Below, piece by piece: positions 1-9,588 of a DNA stretch of 58,882 nt (positions within the stretch are counted from its first letter, which is position 1; every line of letters begins with the position of its first letter). A model generated the notes under the pieces. That model had not been told where the DNA came from, did no database searches, and was given only the letters and a program-made list of their open reading frames with translations. The position numbers were made by a program, and so were the translations under genes. Origin of the DNA: a virus (taxonomy: Duplodnaviria > Caudoviricetes); IMG/VR virus record IMGVR_UViG_3300020463_001991, positions 1-58,882 of that record, one strand, 5' to 3'.

Positions 1-2
1 TA

Positions 3-2594
3 CTTGGTAATATAGAAACTGCACAAGCACTAAACGCCGATGGAACAGTTGCATACGAAGTAGTATATTCTAATGTCGTAGACACAGGTGTTAACAGTGC
101 AGGTCAATCACCACCACAAACTATCACACTACCATATCCTGTAACAATTGAAGGTGCAACTTTTAATCAAGTTGAAGTTGAATTTCAAGAACCACAAGAT
201 TTCGAAAACAAGTTTAGAAAACTTGAACATGGTGAACTGCATACGCTCGCTGATAGAACCTACTTGTTTCCTTATCCTCGATGGAGGACACCTCACTTTC
301 CATTGGCAACATATGCCGCTGATAATCCAAATTGGCACCAACAAGCAAAAGATCTAAGTTTGCTAACCACAGTGGCAGCGCAGATGGCTGCACGTTGGGA
401 TCAAGCCGATATGCCAAGTAATCCGGCAGGCAACGATGTGAACGGAACTTTTACGTTTGTCCCTCAAAACTTATGTACATGGACAAAGAATGAACATGCA
501 GTGTTTGAAAAGTTTTTTCCAGGTGGAGAATACGACAACGATAAAGTTATATATTCAGAGTATCTTTTTGGAAAATACATGGGTCCATACACAGACAAAA
601 AAGGTGTATTCCATCCTGACGACATACCAAATCCTAATCCAAATGGAATAAAAATTGGAGATCCAAAATATCATGTTGCTCCTTATGCACTTTTTTGTGA
701 GCCCGACGGCGAAGACTATTGTTACATTACAATAAGAGGCACCCTAAATGGCCCAGACGCAGGATTAGACGTACAAGCAAATCTTGTTGAATCACCTTTT
801 GGTTCCAATAAGGAAATATATGGCAGAGTTGCACAAGGCTTTAACAAGGCATTTATTGGACTAGGCACAGGACTTGTGGACCGACCAAACACAGCAAGAG
901 CTTATACAATACCAGGACAAACACTTATTCATGCACTAAACAATACCACACGTACAAAAATACGAATTGGTGGACACAGTTTAGGCGGCGCAGTTGCAAC
1001 ATCAGTAACTGCATTGGCAGCAACCCTGGATAAGTTTACACACATAGAATCATACCCAACTGCCGGACCGCAGATGGGTAACGACGATTATTACAAATGG
1101 TTTCAAACTCTTAAAGAAAAAAACGGTGTAGTAGGAAGTGTTAATGCAAAGTTTACACGTATTATCAACAGAAGAGACAGCGGTCAATGGAATGACAATA
1201 TTCCAAGATTACCAGGCTATCAACCTGTTGGCATTGCTATTAATTTTGATGCAAGATACACCAAGCCAAATGACAATGGCAAGATCAATGTAGATGCAGG
1301 AGCCAATCATCAAATTTGTGGTGCATATGCGTTTGCGATTAGACATCCAAGTCCGACTACTGAATACCCAGATGCACCATTTAACAATCTCAATCAGTGG
1401 CCAGAGGTTACAGACTTTCCAAAGAAAGGACAATACAACCCAGGTTTCAATCTAAGCGAACATTTAATGCGAATGAATGCAAAATTTTACGCAGGCACCG
1501 GAGGTACAGAAGTTGTGGTCACTGGAACACAAACTGCGACAACAGTGTATCCAAACAGTCTTATCAACATGCGAGATCGAGTTGTAGATACTGTAGGGCA
1601 ACAAAATACAATATTGCCATTGTGGATGACATCAAAACAAACTGATGGCCGGGTACTAGGGTTTACCAAAGCATGGGTAATTGCATATGTTAAACCAGGT
1701 GAATCTGATAGAATAAGTTACAACATACGCACTAAATTTGGAGAAATACTTAATAGGGTAGACTTCATAAGTGATAGATATATACTTGACAATCAACTTA
1801 CAAACAACTGGGTAGTAAACGAAGATTCAGTTGATGGCGGTAGTTTTGCACCATCGCCACCTTTAACTACTACCTTCAATGCTAATCAAACCACCAATCC
1901 AACTACCAGTGGAAAGGAAACAACATTCGACGGCAATAGTTTAAGATTTGCAAGGCCAGTCGATGTGTATGGTAAAACAGACAAATATGACAAATATCTT
2001 GTGTTTCCTACAAACAATATTTTAGGTTCAGCAGATAGTACAACTACCATCACGCATGTAAGTAGTGGCAACGTTACTATTGATCAAAGTCTTACAGATT
2101 ATACAGGACCATATTTTGTGTTTGGAACAAGTGATAGTGGATTTACCGATGGTAAAAAAGGCTACTACTACCCACTATACCTTGTAAGAACAGATGCCGA
2201 TGCAGCCGATGCCGGAACAGGTAGCACGACATTAGGTAATGGAACTAGTCATATTCATACATTTGAAGGCTTTGGTGGTATAAAATTTTACATGCCTAAC
2301 AGTGATAAAACACACGGAGTTGCAATTAAACCTGATTTGCCAGAATATACCTACTCAGGAGACTTAGGACCAATGGCAACAGTTGGCGAAGATACTACAC
2401 CTAGTACGCCTAGTTTACCTACACCTAGTGTGCCAACAAGTCCAGGCTACGGTGGTGGTGGATCATCAGGTGGAGGTGGATCATCAGGTGGTGGCGGATC
2501 CTCAGGTGGAGGTGGCGGAGGATATGGAAGTTCAAGCAGTAGCTCTAGTAGTTCAAGCAGTAGTTCTGGAAGTTACAGTTATTCCGGCTACTAG
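3..2594 (+). CDS. Large virion structural protein (baseplate-associated type, 5'-partial) with an internal class-3 lipase domain and a Gly/Ser C-terminal tail
   Basis: The frame of ORF 264..2594 is open back to the window start (LGNIETAQALNADGTVAYEVVYSNVVD...). The segments YEVVY, VYPNSLINMR, LPLWMTSKQ..G.VLGF and DFISDRY recall large T4-like phage structural proteins (from memory). The middle has the lipase_3 motifs IRGT, GHSLGG, DNIPRLP and a distal His. Confidence 0.65.
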   Translation, partial: LGNIETAQALNADGTVAYEVVYSNVVDTGVNSAGQSPPQTITLPYPVTIEGATFNQVEVEFQEPQDFENKFRKLEHGELHTLADRTYLFPYPRWRTPHFPLATYAADNPNWHQQAKDLSLLTTVAAQMAARWDQADMPSNPAGNDVNGTFTFVPQNLCTWTKNEHAVFEKFFPGGEYDNDKVIYSEYLFGKYMGPYTDKKGVFHPDDIPNPNPNGIKIGDPKYHVAPYALFCEPDGEDYCYITIRGTLNGPDAGLDVQANLVESPFGSNKEIYGRVAQGFNKAFIGLGTGLVDRPNTARAYTIPGQTLIHALNNTTRTKIRIGGHSLGGAVATSVTALAATLDKFTHIESYPTAGPQMGNDDYYKWFQTLKEKNGVVGSVNAKFTRIINRRDSGQWNDNIPRLPGYQPVGIAINFDARYTKPNDNGKINVDAGANHQICGAYAFAIRHPSPTTEYPDAPFNNLNQWPEVTDFPKKGQYNPGFNLSEHLMRMNAKFYAGTGGTEVVVTGTQTATTVYPNSLINMRDRVVDTVGQQNTILPLWMTSKQTDGRVLGFTKAWVIAYVKPGESDRISYNIRTKFGEILNRVDFISDRYILDNQLTNNWVVNEDSVDGGSFAPSPPLTTTFNANQTTNPTTSGKETTFDGNSLRFARPVDVYGKTDKYDKYLVFPTNNILGSADSTTTITHVSSGNVTIDQSLTDYTGPYFVFGTSDSGFTDGKKGYYYPLYLVRTDADAADAGTGSTTLGNGTSHIHTFEGFGGIKFYMPNSDKTHGVAIKPDLPEYTYSGDLGPMATVGEDTTPSTPSLPTPSVPTSPGYGGGGSSGGGGSSGGGGSSGGGGGGYGSSSSSSSSSSSSSGSYSYSGY
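2451..2504 (+). repeat. 18-nt tandem repeat x3 encoding GGGGSS
   Basis: GGTGGTGGTGGATCATCA / GGTGGAGGTGGATCATCA / GGTGGTGGCGGATCCTCA, followed by poly-Gly and poly-Ser codons. Confidence 0.9.
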
Positions 2595-2605
2595 ACGTAA
2601 TATGA

Positions 2606-2611
2606 TAAATA
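2606..2611 (+). promoter_or_regulatory. Putative T4-like late promoter core (TAAATA)
   Basis: GATAAATA lies about 30 nt upstream of the 2639 start. The same TAAATA core recurs before many other starts and resembles the T4 late consensus TATAAATA. Confidence 0.5.
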
Positions 2612-2638
2612 TATTGACATTAAGAGAGAGATTATAAT

Positions 2639-3547
2639 ATGGCAAGCAGTATTAATCCAAACAATATAGACACAACCTATCCAGTTGCTGGACAGGATAA
2701 TGACAGTCAAGGATTTCGTGATAACTTCACAAACATAAAAAGCAACTTTGAATTTGCAGAGACTGAGATTGATGACTTGCAGGCAAAAGGTATCTTTAAA
2801 AGTGCATTAACTGGTACTACACTGGACAACGATATGGCTGGTGCAGTTATTAAGAATACTAAAACACAAGCATATAGGGCAACACGGGTAGCCTTAGGAG
2901 CAGTCACCGGTTCAACTGCAATTGATTATAGTGCAGGAAACTTTTACAGTGTGACAACTAGCGGATCAATCACCCTAGCGTTTTCAAATATTCCAAGTGC
3001 AGGTAATCAAGCATTTATTACAGTAACAGTTACAGTAGCAAACATTGCACATACAATGACATTGCCAAGTGCAGTAGGAAACGGCGCAAGTGCAAAATCA
3101 GTTGTGGGAATACAAGGTATTGCATCAAACGTAATTACATTTGCAGAAACAGGCACATACGAATTTCAATTTGCTACAGACGATGGCGGAACAAGTATAT
3201 TCCTCACAGAGCTAACACGCCCAAGAGATACATTAACAAATCCAATTAAACTAAAAGGCTCAGAAGACTTAGCAAACGCAGGGGCAGCCAGTCTTACAAA
3301 AACTACAAGTTTTTTTACAACTGGTGGAGCAGAAACTGCGACTTTAGCCGCTGGTGTAGAAGGACAAGTAAAAGTTTTTGCAATGGTAGGTGATGGTGGA
3401 GACATGGTAATCACTGTAACCAACGCAGGTTGGAAAGCATCAGGTACAGGAACCATTACATTTAACAATATTGGTGAAGCATGTACTTGTATGTACATCA
3501 ATAGCAAATGGTTTGTTATTGGTAACAACGGCGCCGCATTCGGATAA
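2639..3547 (+). CDS. Virion structural protein (tail/baseplate fibre-like)
   Basis: N-terminus YPVAGQDNDSQGFRDNF followed by a short coiled coil and a Thr/Gly/Ala-rich beta-rich body; follows a structural gene and a late-type promoter. Confidence 0.6.
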   Translation: MASSINPNNIDTTYPVAGQDNDSQGFRDNFTNIKSNFEFAETEIDDLQAKGIFKSALTGTTLDNDMAGAVIKNTKTQAYRATRVALGAVTGSTAIDYSAGNFYSVTTSGSITLAFSNIPSAGNQAFITVTVTVANIAHTMTLPSAVGNGASAKSVVGIQGIASNVITFAETGTYEFQFATDDGGTSIFLTELTRPRDTLTNPIKLKGSEDLANAGAASLTKTTSFFTTGGAETATLAAGVEGQVKVFAMVGDGGDMVITVTNAGWKASGTGTITFNNIGEACTCMYINSKWFVIGNNGAAFG

Positions 3548-3562
3548 AGAGCAAAATAATAA

Positions 3563-3591
3563 TTGACATACCAACTCCTTTGCTGTATAAT
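3563..3591 (+). promoter_or_regulatory. sigma70-type promoter
   Basis: TTGACA-N17-TATAAT perfect consensus; AAGGAG RBS downstream. Confidence 0.85.
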
Positions 3592-3613
3592 TACTGAGTA
3601 AAGGAGTTTTTTT

Positions 3614-4015
3614 ATGAAGATAGATCTAAACAAGTATAAAGAATTTGTAGACGCAGTTACCAGCGAACAAAGCAAAGACAATGATGTCTTTGTAGAAAAC
3701 TGGAACGAACTAAACAAAGATGTTGACATGCCACGTTTGCTTACTGCAAGTTGCGGACTTGGTGCTGAAGCAGGCGAGTTTACTGAGATAGTGAAGAAGT
3801 GTATATTTCAAGGCAAGCCAATGAATGAGGACAACATTTATCACATGAAACGCGAACTTGGCGATGTCATGTGGTATTGGATGCAAGGTTGCATGGCACT
3901 AGATGTAGATCCAAACATCATAATACAAATGAACATTGACAAACTTAAGGCTCGTTATCCAGGTGGCGACTTTGATGCACACTATAGCGAAAACAGAGTA
4001 GACGGCGACATCTAA
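3614..4015 (+). CDS. mazG: MazG-like nucleotide pyrophosphohydrolase
   Basis: GLGAEAGEFTEIVKK...ELGDVMWY...NIDKLKARYP: MazG ExxE/ExxD motifs. Confidence 0.9.
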   Translation: MKIDLNKYKEFVDAVTSEQSKDNDVFVENWNELNKDVDMPRLLTASCGLGAEAGEFTEIVKKCIFQGKPMNEDNIYHMKRELGDVMWYWMQGCMALDVDPNIIIQMNIDKLKARYPGGDFDAHYSENRVDGDI

Positions 4016-4242
4016 TGGAACACCCATTAATCAATGATATAGGCGAACTTGACGAACAACAGTTAATGGATAAGATTACAGAGTTAAACGGCAAGTTGAC
4101 TATTGCAATGAGGATGGGTAACCATAGTTTAATCAACCAAGTGAGGATGGCATTGGAATCCTATCAAAGGAAACTAAGAGAAAAGCATGCCGCTGAACGT
4201 AACAAAGACGACAAGTTTGAGGATAAAATAGACATATCATGA
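4015..4242 (+). CDS. Hypothetical protein
   Basis: 75-aa ORF translationally coupled to both neighbours. Confidence 0.7.
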   Translation: MEHPLINDIGELDEQQLMDKITELNGKLTIAMRMGNHSLINQVRMALESYQRKLREKHAAERNKDDKFEDKIDIS

Positions 4243-4880
4243 GTAATGTAAGAATAGGTTTTAGTCCAACATTTACTGCTGGCATATATTTTGATACTGG
4301 CGTTATTATGAACACTTACAGTGTTGATTTGCAGATGATTACAAAGTCAATGAATACTATGGATCATAATATAGCACTAGAAAGATGCAAGTATATTATC
4401 TATGAACAATTTTGTGATTCTATCATCATCGGAGATGACGACAAAAAAATTGCTAAAAGATATCAAGACGTTGGTTTTCGCACAATAATTTTGCCAAATG
4501 AAGTGGCTGATCAATTGACAGGTTTAGCCTTATATAGTAAACTACAAGCAGTTACTGAAGATGTAATAGATATATTAGATATAAGTCTTAGAAGCACAAT
4601 GGGCGGCGGAATAAGTTATTTGCATCACGATGAGGAAACTGCTGGTCCATATGAAAAATCAGGATGGTGGAGTGATACTGGTCCAAATTGTAGCACACTG
4701 CCAAGTACAGGTAAGAAAATTGTCACACTTAATAATCCGACTTGGAAAAGTCTAGAGTTAGATTGGGACGATGGTGAAGAACCAGAAACAGTTATTGAAA
4801 TAAAACTTGAGAAGAAACAAGAAAAAATTGAGAATGCAGGCGAAAACGTAGTAGAATTTAAACCCAATGATAAAAAATAA
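4239..4880 (+). CDS. Hypothetical protein
   Basis: 213-aa ORF with ATGA overlap on the upstream gene. Confidence 0.7.
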   Translation: MSNVRIGFSPTFTAGIYFDTGVIMNTYSVDLQMITKSMNTMDHNIALERCKYIIYEQFCDSIIIGDDDKKIAKRYQDVGFRTIILPNEVADQLTGLALYSKLQAVTEDVIDILDISLRSTMGGGISYLHHDEETAGPYEKSGWWSDTGPNCSTLPSTGKKIVTLNNPTWKSLELDWDDGEEPETVIEIKLEKKQEKIENAGENVVEFKPNDKK

Positions 4881-5340
4881 GTTTGGTGAAATAGTATACA
4901 ACATTGAAGACGTAGTTGATTTGATTATGAAACAACAAACAACTGCTGGTATCACTGTGGATGGCACTGTGCAACTTGAAGACACTTCTCCCGAAACGGA
5001 CATATCATTGAGTGTTGATGAGTATGATATGATGAATCAACGCAACTGGCTAATGCCTGAAGAATATAAACGTATGGATATTGCACAGCACGTGATTGAT
5101 CTTTGTAAAACAACATCAGAGATACAACGTGCTGGCGAAGAACTGTTGATGTTTCAAGAACGCAACTTGTTTAACTTGCTAAAGTATTTAAAATATCTAG
5201 TAGATACCATGCGAGATAATAAGATAATATGGGGTGTAGGCAGAGGATCTAGTGTTGCAAGTTATGTATTATACTTGCTTGGCGTACACAGAATTGATAG
5301 TATGTACTATGATTTAGACCCCGGTGAATTTCTCAGATAA
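4867..5340 (+). CDS. Stand-alone fragment resembling the DNA polymerase III alpha (DnaE) NTPase region
   Basis: YLKYLVDTMRDNKIIWGVGRGSSVASYVLYLLGVHRID matches the DnaE GxGRGS motif; only 157 aa. Confidence 0.75.
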   Translation: MIKNKFGEIVYNIEDVVDLIMKQQTTAGITVDGTVQLEDTSPETDISLSVDEYDMMNQRNWLMPEEYKRMDIAQHVIDLCKTTSEIQRAGEELLMFQERNLFNLLKYLKYLVDTMRDNKIIWGVGRGSSVASYVLYLLGVHRIDSMYYDLDPGEFLR

Positions 5341-5371
5341 ATATTAACTACGCAGTTAATAGGAGTACCAA

Positions 5372-6016
5372 ATGGTAGGCAAAAAAGTTTACAGAAGCTC
5401 GCAAGGAAAATCAATTGACCTTGGAGCATTATTATTGCAAAATGAAACAGTTCGTGCTGTCGGTAACATGGGTGTAAATGCACGTGGTGACAGAATTGAT
5501 ATAAAAAATAAAGTAATAGACACCAAAGCCAGAATATCGCAACGTGCTTATAACAAGCAGATTGGACCTCAAGATGATATCCCGCAGAGTTTTGCCCCAC
5601 CAGTTACAAATGTTGTTCCAACTCAACCTGTTGCGCCTGATCCGTATGAGTTGCAAGAACGAAACAACAAAGAGCACAATGCATTCAAAGCACAACGCAA
5701 AGCCGAAAAAGAAGTCGCTAAGGCAAACAAGACTCGGAAAACAGACTCAAAGAAAACTCCAGTAATAACTGAAAAGATTTTAAATGCAGAGGCAACTATA
5801 CCAGTACAACCAGTTATACCGCCTCCTCCACCTCCACCTCCACCTGCTCCAGTTGTGGAACCGACACCAGAACCAGTAAAAGAGCCAGAGCCCACTGTGC
5901 AAAAGAAAACTGGAGGACTTGCTGACGCAATAGCAAAAGCAAAAAGTATTAAACAAGAAGTATTAAAAACACCAAGACAACAAGCACAAGAAAAATCAGG
6001 AGTAAGAAGAATATAA
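5372..6016 (+). CDS. Hypothetical protein with poly-Pro linker
   Basis: 214 aa with AVGNMGVNARGD and a PPPPPPPPP tract; preceded by TAAATA (5338) and AGGAG. Confidence 0.7.
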   Translation: MVGKKVYRSSQGKSIDLGALLLQNETVRAVGNMGVNARGDRIDIKNKVIDTKARISQRAYNKQIGPQDDIPQSFAPPVTNVVPTQPVAPDPYELQERNNKEHNAFKAQRKAEKEVAKANKTRKTDSKKTPVITEKILNAEATIPVQPVIPPPPPPPPPAPVVEPTPEPVKEPEPTVQKKTGGLADAIAKAKSIKQEVLKTPRQQAQEKSGVRRI

Positions 6017-6399
6017 TGGCTACAGTAAATTATGATGCATATAAAGTAACTAGAGAAACATTTAGAGCACTACGTGATGATGTGATTGTTGAAGAAATGG
6101 CTTTCAAAGAAAGAAAATTACAAAGCGGAATTATTTTATTAGATGATGACGGCAAAGGACATGGCATACGCCCACGTTGGGGCAAAGTGTATGCAATTGG
6201 TCCAGAGCAAACAGAAGTTAGTACAGGGCAATGGATCATGGTGGCACATGGACGTTGGACAAGAGGTGTAAAAATTGCAGACGGCAACGGAGAAACTATA
6301 ATTCGTAAAGTTGATAATGCAGACATTTTACTTGTAAGCGATGACGATCCAGGTGCAGATGATACCCTAGCAGATGCTATCGACATTTACCAAAGATAG
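6016..6399 (+). CDS. GroES-like co-chaperonin (gp31-like)
   Basis: RALRDDVIV...ERKLQSGIIL...WGKVYAIGP pattern of Cpn10. Confidence 0.8.
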   Translation: MATVNYDAYKVTRETFRALRDDVIVEEMAFKERKLQSGIILLDDDGKGHGIRPRWGKVYAIGPEQTEVSTGQWIMVAHGRWTRGVKIADGNGETIIRKVDNADILLVSDDDPGADDTLADAIDIYQR

Positions 6400-6428
6400 T
6401 TGACTTTCCTAAAATACTGTTGTATAAT
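6400..6428 (+). promoter_or_regulatory. sigma70-type promoter
   Basis: TTGACT-N17-TATAAT followed by AGGAG. Confidence 0.8.
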
Positions 6429-6450
6429 ACTTGTAACTTAGGAGTATTAG

Positions 6451-7374
6451 ATGAAGCAACTTTGGACTGAAAAGTATAGGCCGAACGACATTGACGGATA
6501 TGTGTTCCGTGATGATGAACAAAAAGCACAAGTAAAAACTTGGATAGATGAAGGTGCTATTCCGCATTTGTTGTTCAGTGGTGCGCCTGGTGTAGGTAAA
6601 ACTACACTTGCAAAAATACTAATCAAACAACTTCAAATAGATGACTTTGATGTGCTAGAAATAAATGCATCAAGAGAGAATTCAATTGACACGATACGTG
6701 ATAAGATCACAGGCTTTGTGCAAACAATGCCATTTGGCGAATTTAAGGTTGTACTGTTAGATGAGGCTGACTATATATCGCCAAACGGACAAGCGGCACT
6801 GCGTGGTGTAATGGAAACATATCATGCAAGTGCAAGATTCATACTAACTTGCAACTATCCAAACAGAGTTATTCCAGCATTGCATTCAAGATGTCAAGGC
6901 TTTCATATTGAGAAAGTGGATAAAACAGAGTTTACTGCAAGAATTGCCACTGTGCTGGTTGCAGAGAATGTTGAACTTGATATTGAAACATTGGACACAT
7001 ATGTACGTAGCACCTATCCAGATCTACGTAAGTGTTTGAACTTATGCCAAATGAATAGCACAGATGGCAAACTTACAAACGTTAAAGGTGATGAAGGAAA
7101 CGCCAGCGACTGGCGTGTAGATGCAGTAAACTTGTTTAAAGCAGGCAAGATAGTAGATGCACGTAAACTTATGTGTGCAACTGTGCGTCCTGAAGAGATG
7201 GAAGATGTGTTTCGTTGGATGTATGATAACTTGGAATTGTTCAGTACAACTCCTGAAGGACAAGACAGTGCCATAATGGCAATACGTACAGGACTTGTTA
7301 ATCATAGTTTTGTAGCAGATCCTGAAATTAATCTAAGTGCAACAATGGTGGAGCTAAGTCAGATCAATGGGTGA
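6451..7374 (+). CDS. Clamp loader AAA+ subunit (T4 gp44 / RFC small subunit-like)
   Basis: LWTEKYRP, Walker A GAPGVGKTT, LEINAS, Walker B LLDEAD, SRC motif. Confidence 0.95.
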   Translation: MKQLWTEKYRPNDIDGYVFRDDEQKAQVKTWIDEGAIPHLLFSGAPGVGKTTLAKILIKQLQIDDFDVLEINASRENSIDTIRDKITGFVQTMPFGEFKVVLLDEADYISPNGQAALRGVMETYHASARFILTCNYPNRVIPALHSRCQGFHIEKVDKTEFTARIATVLVAENVELDIETLDTYVRSTYPDLRKCLNLCQMNSTDGKLTNVKGDEGNASDWRVDAVNLFKAGKIVDARKLMCATVRPEEMEDVFRWMYDNLELFSTTPEGQDSAIMAIRTGLVNHSFVADPEINLSATMVELSQING

Positions 7375-7594
7375 AGTATTAGAATTTAAACCAAAAGAAA
7401 CAGTGCATGTACTAAAGTTTACTGCACCAAGACCTTTAAAAATGAGAAAGACTGGCAAGGAACGTATCAGTGTTGAGCTACACAAAGTAGACGAATCGCA
7501 CGGGTTAGGACAAGCATGGGTACCTGCTACAAATAAAAGACTTGCACAAGAAAAACTTAGTAAAATGATAGAAGTAATTGAGTTTTTAGATTAA
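7367..7594 (+). CDS. Hypothetical protein
   Basis: 75-aa ORF overlapping the clamp-loader stop; GGAG RBS. Confidence 0.6.
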   Translation: MGEVLEFKPKETVHVLKFTAPRPLKMRKTGKERISVELHKVDESHGLGQAWVPATNKRLAQEKLSKMIEVIEFLD

Positions 7595-7640
7595 CCTTTT
7601 TGCAGAAAAAGGTTGACTTATTCTATAACTGTGCTATTAT
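7591..7640 (+). promoter_or_regulatory. 11-bp inverted repeat overlapping a sigma70-type early promoter
   Basis: TTAACCTTTTT-GCAG-AAAAAGGTTGA hairpin; TTGACT (7613) and an extended -10 TGCTATTAT. Confidence 0.6.
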
Positions 7641-7670
7641 ATATGTATAGTTAGAAAATAGGAGAACTAA

Positions 7671-7940
7671 ATGGCTAAAATAGATTTTATAAGTGCAGAC
7701 AACGGTGGTATTAAGTTTTATGGTGGTAGAGATGATGTTGCGATGGAACTTAATTGTGTTGGTTTTGCAAAGACTCCTGAAATGGTAAATTATATAATCA
7801 AAACTAGAGGTTTAGCACATCAAGTTATGCACAGTAGTTCAATGGACTTTGCAGATGAATATGGTTTTGACAACCATGATGATGCATGGATACTATGGCA
7901 GGATGGCGTAGAGCTAGATGATAAATTAGCATCAGCATAA
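7671..7940 (+). CDS. Hypothetical (early) protein
   Basis: 89 aa with AGGAG RBS and its own promoter. Confidence 0.7.
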   Translation: MAKIDFISADNGGIKFYGGRDDVAMELNCVGFAKTPEMVNYIIKTRGLAHQVMHSSSMDFADEYGFDNHDDAWILWQDGVELDDKLASA

Positions 7941-9062
7941 ATGATTAACACACTTTACAAAATTTGGAACATTAAACACGCAGAGGGTGATGAATTCACC
8001 GGCTATGAAAGTGTGTACGACCAGCTGGATAGTTTTGATAAAGCACAATACGATGCTGATCCGCAAGGCACTATTGAAAAGGTATATGACATATATCGCA
8101 GTATTAATCTTGTTCCCATTGTTTACTTTACACATAAAGGCTTAGTTGAAGCAGTTAGTAAATTCAGCAAACTTAACTATAACAATGTTGACAATAGCAA
8201 AATTGGATTGGGCAACAACAGAGGACAAACCATTAACAGATTTTTGTTTCCAAACATGATGACTGCTGAACCAAAAGGCAGAGGATCAAACAGTTTGCAA
8301 GACAGATTTTTGGATGAACGTAAATTAAAACGTGCAATACGTATCTGTTTTGAATTTAGAACTGGTGAAAGATTGTTACGTCCAACACAATTGAGAACTG
8401 CATTAGAACTGGTTACAGGCGAAAACGTTACAAACTTCAAGGCACAAAATGCCAAAGCAATAGCAGAACATCTATGCCCTGTGTTATGGGGCAATGTATA
8501 CGATTACAGTTGCGGATACGGCGGAAGATTATTGGGTATAGGTTCAAGCAACTTCAAATACAATTATATAGGAGTTGAACCCAACACAGAAACAGTGCAA
8601 TACCTAAACTATCTCAACGATATTATAGATGAAGCAACAGGTGTTAGAGGATCTATTGTACAGAGTGTCAGTGAAGAATATCAACCAGAGGATATTGATT
8701 TAGCATTTTCAAGTCCTCCGTATTTTAATTTGGAGAAATATAGCAATGAAAACACACAATGCATGGTCCGTTACAAAACAGAGGACGAGTGGTTTGAAGG
8801 GTATGTTATACCGACTATGGAAAATATTTACAGAGGGCTCAATAGAGAAGGAATCTTCGCCACGAATATCGCCGACTATAAGTCTTACGACCGTAAAGAA
8901 CCCTACGAAGTCACAGAAAGATGGAAAGATGTCGCTAATGGAGTAGGCTTCAAACATGTTGAAACTATTAAAATGATGTTGAATACACGTCCAGGCGTGG
9001 GCAATGATCGTAAACAAGGAAGAGAAAAATGGGAGGGAGTCTATGTCTTCAGAAAAAACTAA
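7941..9062 (+). CDS. Amino-DNA methyltransferase (N4-C/N6-A type)
   Basis: SAM-binding YDYSCGYGGRLLG followed by catalytic motif IV FSSPPYF. Confidence 0.8.
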   Translation: MINTLYKIWNIKHAEGDEFTGYESVYDQLDSFDKAQYDADPQGTIEKVYDIYRSINLVPIVYFTHKGLVEAVSKFSKLNYNNVDNSKIGLGNNRGQTINRFLFPNMMTAEPKGRGSNSLQDRFLDERKLKRAIRICFEFRTGERLLRPTQLRTALELVTGENVTNFKAQNAKAIAEHLCPVLWGNVYDYSCGYGGRLLGIGSSNFKYNYIGVEPNTETVQYLNYLNDIIDEATGVRGSIVQSVSEEYQPEDIDLAFSSPPYFNLEKYSNENTQCMVRYKTEDEWFEGYVIPTMENIYRGLNREGIFATNIADYKSYDRKEPYEVTERWKDVANGVGFKHVETIKMMLNTRPGVGNDRKQGREKWEGVYVFRKN

Positions 9063-9588
9063 ACCAACAGATTACATGCGAACGGTAATGGATTATCCTG
9101 AACCCGGTGTAAACTTCTATGACATTAATAGTTTGTTTGCACAACCTGCATGGAACCAAGTTGCCGCTGAATTATCAGTTGCGGTACAAACAGAATACAA
9201 TCGCACAGGTGATCTCAGTCACGTAGTTGGTATCGAAAGCAGAGGATTTGTTGTTGGTGCGGTACTGGCCAGTGTTATAGGTGTTCCTTTTATAATGGTA
9301 CGTAAAAAAGGTTCTAAGTATCCTGGTAGTCTATTAGAAGAAACTTATTCACTTGAATATGGTGAAGATACACTGGTAATACAAGAAGGTATACTTGGAT
9401 ACACAAACCGTGTATTAATTGCAGATGATCTGGTTGCCACTGGCGGAAGTGCATTAGCAACCAAAAGGCTTGTTGAACAAACAGGAGCAACAGTAGTTGG
9501 CTTTGCGAGTGTGTTGAACTTAGCATATCTAAACACTGATGACATGAAATCACAATCGTTGATAACTTCTGAGGAGATAACAAAATGA
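9043..9588 (+). CDS. apt: Adenine phosphoribosyltransferase
   Basis: DYPEPGVNFYDI, GIESRGF, RKKGS, YSLEYG and PRPP loop IADDLVATGGS. Start placed at ATG 9043 after GGAGGGAG. Confidence 0.9.
   Translation: MSSEKTKPTDYMRTVMDYPEPGVNFYDINSLFAQPAWNQVAAELSVAVQTEYNRTGDLSHVVGIESRGFVVGAVLASVIGVPFIMVRKKGSKYPGSLLEETYSLEYGEDTLVIQEGILGYTNRVLIADDLVATGGSALATKRLVEQTGATVVGFASVLNLAYLNTDDMKSQSLITSEEITK

Noticed and set aside
3166-3729. Long minus-strand ORFs (for example 3166..3729, 20244..20753, 21179..21691, 47037..47483)
   Set aside because: They are antisense shadows of well-supported + strand genes, with no motifs or RBS
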